This document shows positions 61,740-64,000 of a stretch of DNA of 64,000 bases, piece by piece. A program made the translations under genes and the position numbers. A model generated the notes under the pieces. That model saw only the letters and a program-made list of their open reading frames with translations, was not told where the DNA came from and made no database searches. The DNA is from Escherichia phage vB_EcoM_IME537. The stretch's first letter is position 1; each line of letters begins with the position of its first letter. The DNA lies in sequence record NC_054921.1. One strand, written 5' to 3'.

Positions 61740-62761
61740 TAGTTCAGTGCATTTAGTGCATTGTTCAGTTTAGAACGTTGCTTCGTGAGATTTTTGACTT
61801 TTTCTTGAGCTTTTTCTAGCATCTTTTCAGCTTCTAGCACTTCATTAGTTGCTTTAACGAGTTCATCATCTACTGCCTTGATAGACTTCTCAATCGCATC
61901 TGCATGCCATTTTTCAACAGGTTTAAGACTCGGATTTTCAATAGGAAGAAAATTCACTTTATTGAATTTCCATGCATCTTTATTACCTGAACTATACATC
62001 CAAAATTTAGGATCGTTTGATGAGTAATTGGATAAATTTAAGTTATCTTGCACTTCCTGCTTTTTCTCTTGTGTGACTTCGTCCTTTCTCAAAAAATCGT
62101 ATTTAAATGAAACGATCATATCAAGTTCATATGTTGTTGTATGTTCCCAATTTCGCTCAAAATGAGGTAAAATCTTAGACTGAACAGCGGCAACAACATC
62201 CATATACTTAAATGCTTCTGTTAACTGCGATTTAAGGCATTCACAAATTGAAAGAGAATTTTTTGTATTAGGTTTAAAGCTAATTCGTGCAGTTCTATTA
62301 TTTTCTTTTAATGGTCTTACTTCCATCTGAAGAGTATAACCATCAAATTTCAGATTCTTTAAGTTAATATCAGAACCTTTTAATCGACTCGCAGTTGATA
62401 AAATTTGTTTTAATTGTTTACGGAATAGAGCAATAAATCTCCATTCAATACGATAATGATTTGGATTGAAAAATCCAGATGATAAATCGACCTTACTTTG
62501 ACCGACGCCTTGAACAAATAGAGGATTTTTATAATCAATAGTTTTACAGAAATCGGTGAGCTGCTCACGAGCCGTCATTTGCGTAATATACCCTGCTTCG
62601 CTAAAATTACGCACCCATTCACCGCTATTCGTATACTTAAAGTGATGAATAACACGATTAACTTTATCAGGGTCTAAATTATTTTCACACAAAAATGTCA
62701 TAACATCACGGGTATAGCTGGCATTACGAACCATATCTTCAATTTGAGAACGAGTTTTCAT
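61739..62761 (-). CDS. Hypothetical protein, member 3 of tandem paralog family
   Basis: 340 aa; starts MKTRSQIEDMV..; mid-region ..RIEWRFIALFRKQLKQILSTASRL..; coiled-coil C-terminus. Confidence 0.55.
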   Translation of the reverse strand: MKTRSQIEDMVRNASYTRDVMTFLCENNLDPDKVNRVIHHFKYTNSGEWVRNFSEAGYITQMTAREQLTDFCKTIDYKNPLFVQGVGQSKVDLSSGFFNPNHYRIEWRFIALFRKQLKQILSTASRLKGSDINLKNLKFDGYTLQMEVRPLKENNRTARISFKPNTKNSLSICECLKSQLTEAFKYMDVVAAVQSKILPHFERNWEHTTTYELDMIVSFKYDFLRKDEVTQEKKQEVQDNLNLSNYSSNDPKFWMYSSGNKDAWKFNKVNFLPIENPSLKPVEKWHADAIEKSIKAVDDELVKATNEVLEAEKMLEKAQEKVKNLTKQRSKLNNALNALN

Positions 62762-62769
62762 GGTGTTCC

Positions 62770-63693
62770 TTAAGATTTAAGTAAATCAACAATTTTAATT
62801 AACTTTTCACGCTCAGATTTAGCTTTACTACTCAATCCAGATAGTCTGAAAATTTCATCATCATATTGCTGAATAGAAATATTTAGCTCTTCAATTTGCT
62901 TATTAAAATAATCAATTTGTTCAGAATGTTTTTCGTTACTACGAACTGGTACAGGTTTTGTAGGCAATTTAGTTGAACTGGATTCATCCGGGCGATAAAT
63001 TAAAATACAACTTGAACCAATCGGACATTTAGCACCAGACACATATTCTAATGTTCCGGCTTCTTTTAAAACTTCAAAAGCTAAACAGAGATGATGACCC
63101 ATATTGGCATAATCTGTAGAGTGAGCTCTGATGTAATAATCATCTCCACGAGTACTAAATTTAAAGCATTTAAGGTCTTCTGTATTATTGGTCTTAAAAA
63201 TCATTTGTTTATCTAGACCTTTAGCTAATCGAGCGCCTAATGCTAATAATCGTCGTTGATTTTTCCACAAATCCGCAATCATTTGATCGAATGATAATTT
63301 TGGCATTAGTCGACCATAAAGGTCATATCCTTTATTATAATTACGAAGGATTTCACTCGCATTAATGCGAGACAACGCTCCAATTTTATTAAGGGCTTTC
63401 ATAATGCGTTTAGATAAAAGCATTCCAGACCCGTTTGGTCGCTGTAAATGTTTTTCTAATCCAAATCCAATATCAACTTTAAACTTATCTAAAATTTCGG
63501 CATGAACATCTTTATCAATAACATTCAAATCCAAAGTTGGGTTAAATCTATGAAAAAATTTATCTGGCTCTCCACGACGAAGTACAGTCCATTCATTTGA
63601 TTTTTTATTAACTAAAGATTTAATTACTGCATTGACATTATTAATTGCTACTGACATATTTTCCTCACTCAATTTCAATTTTACTAAATACAC
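62770..63693 (-). CDS. Hypothetical protein, probable member 4 of tandem paralog family
   Basis: 307 aa; mid-region ..ADLWKNQRRLLALGARLAKGL..; coiled-coil C-terminus. Confidence 0.5.
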   Translation of the reverse strand: MYLVKLKLSEENMSVAINNVNAVIKSLVNKKSNEWTVLRRGEPDKFFHRFNPTLDLNVIDKDVHAEILDKFKVDIGFGLEKHLQRPNGSGMLLSKRIMKALNKIGALSRINASEILRNYNKGYDLYGRLMPKLSFDQMIADLWKNQRRLLALGARLAKGLDKQMIFKTNNTEDLKCFKFSTRGDDYYIRAHSTDYANMGHHLCLAFEVLKEAGTLEYVSGAKCPIGSSCILIYRPDESSSTKLPTKPVPVRSNEKHSEQIDYFNKQIEELNISIQQYDDEIFRLSGLSSKAKSEREKLIKIVDLLKS

Positions 63694-63982
63694 AGAATAT
63701 GATTGAACAGACTACATAAGCACCGCACACAGATTGAACTAATACCATCCCAAAGAACCAAACAATATTATCAAACAGTGTCTGTTTTACGTCGAAAGGA
63801 CGTAAACTTACAGTAATATTATCACCTTTTTCTATTGAAGAATACATCTCTGGGGAAATATATTCACTAAATCTATAACCGTCTTTGAGTTCATATACAG
63901 CAATAAACGATAAACTAGACCCTTTTCCTTGTGTTCCTGTAATGGTATTAACTACAGTAACATCATAATCTTTATAATGCAT
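63665..63982 (-). CDS. Hypothetical protein with C-terminal TM segment
   Basis: 105 aa; hydrophobic C-terminus (IVWFFGMVLVQSVCGAYVVCSIIFCVF). Confidence 0.45.
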   Translation of the reverse strand: MHYKDYDVTVVNTITGTQGKGSSLSFIAVYELKDGYRFSEYISPEMYSSIEKGDNITVSLRPFDVKQTLFDNIVWFFGMVLVQSVCGAYVVCSIIFCVFSKIEIE

Positions 63983-64000
63983 ATAATCATTAATTGCGTA

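Overview
This window is a contiguous ~64 kb segment of a T4-like (T-even) myovirus genome, and nearly every ORF maps onto the known T4 gene order. All protein identifications rest on motifs and on recalled T4 sequences and sizes; no database search was run. The window opens on the + strand with the 3' part of distal long tail fiber gene 37, the gp38 adhesin and holin t. It then runs on the - strand through the early/middle region: asiA, arn, motA, 52, ac, stp, ndd, denB, rIIB, rIIA, 39, dexA, dda, two ADP-ribosyltransferases, soc, 56, dam, 61, sp, dmd, 41, 40, uvsX, 42, imm, 43, regA, 62, 44, 45, rpbA, 46, 47, alpha-gt, 55, nrdH, nrdG, nrdD, 49, nrdC and a block of hypothetical ORFs. nrdD is split by a roughly 1 kb group I intron carrying a GIY-YIG-like homing endonuclease. 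The - strand is punctuated by many sigma70-type early promoters (TTTACA -35, TGG-TACTAT/TATAAT -10) and by GC-rich CUUCGG-type hairpins. The phage is not T4 itself but looks T2/T6-like: topoisomerase gene 39 is unsplit (606 aa), gp38 is a glycine-rich adhesin, a DxD glycosyltransferase sits where T4 has beta-gt, and an HNH endonuclease lies between 56 and dam. The candidates I find most worth follow-up are a tandem array of four coiled-coil paralogs after nrdC, a PD-(D/E)xK-like ORF translationally coupled to dam, and several small membrane proteins and lipoproteins. No tRNA, rRNA or CRISPR array was seen.
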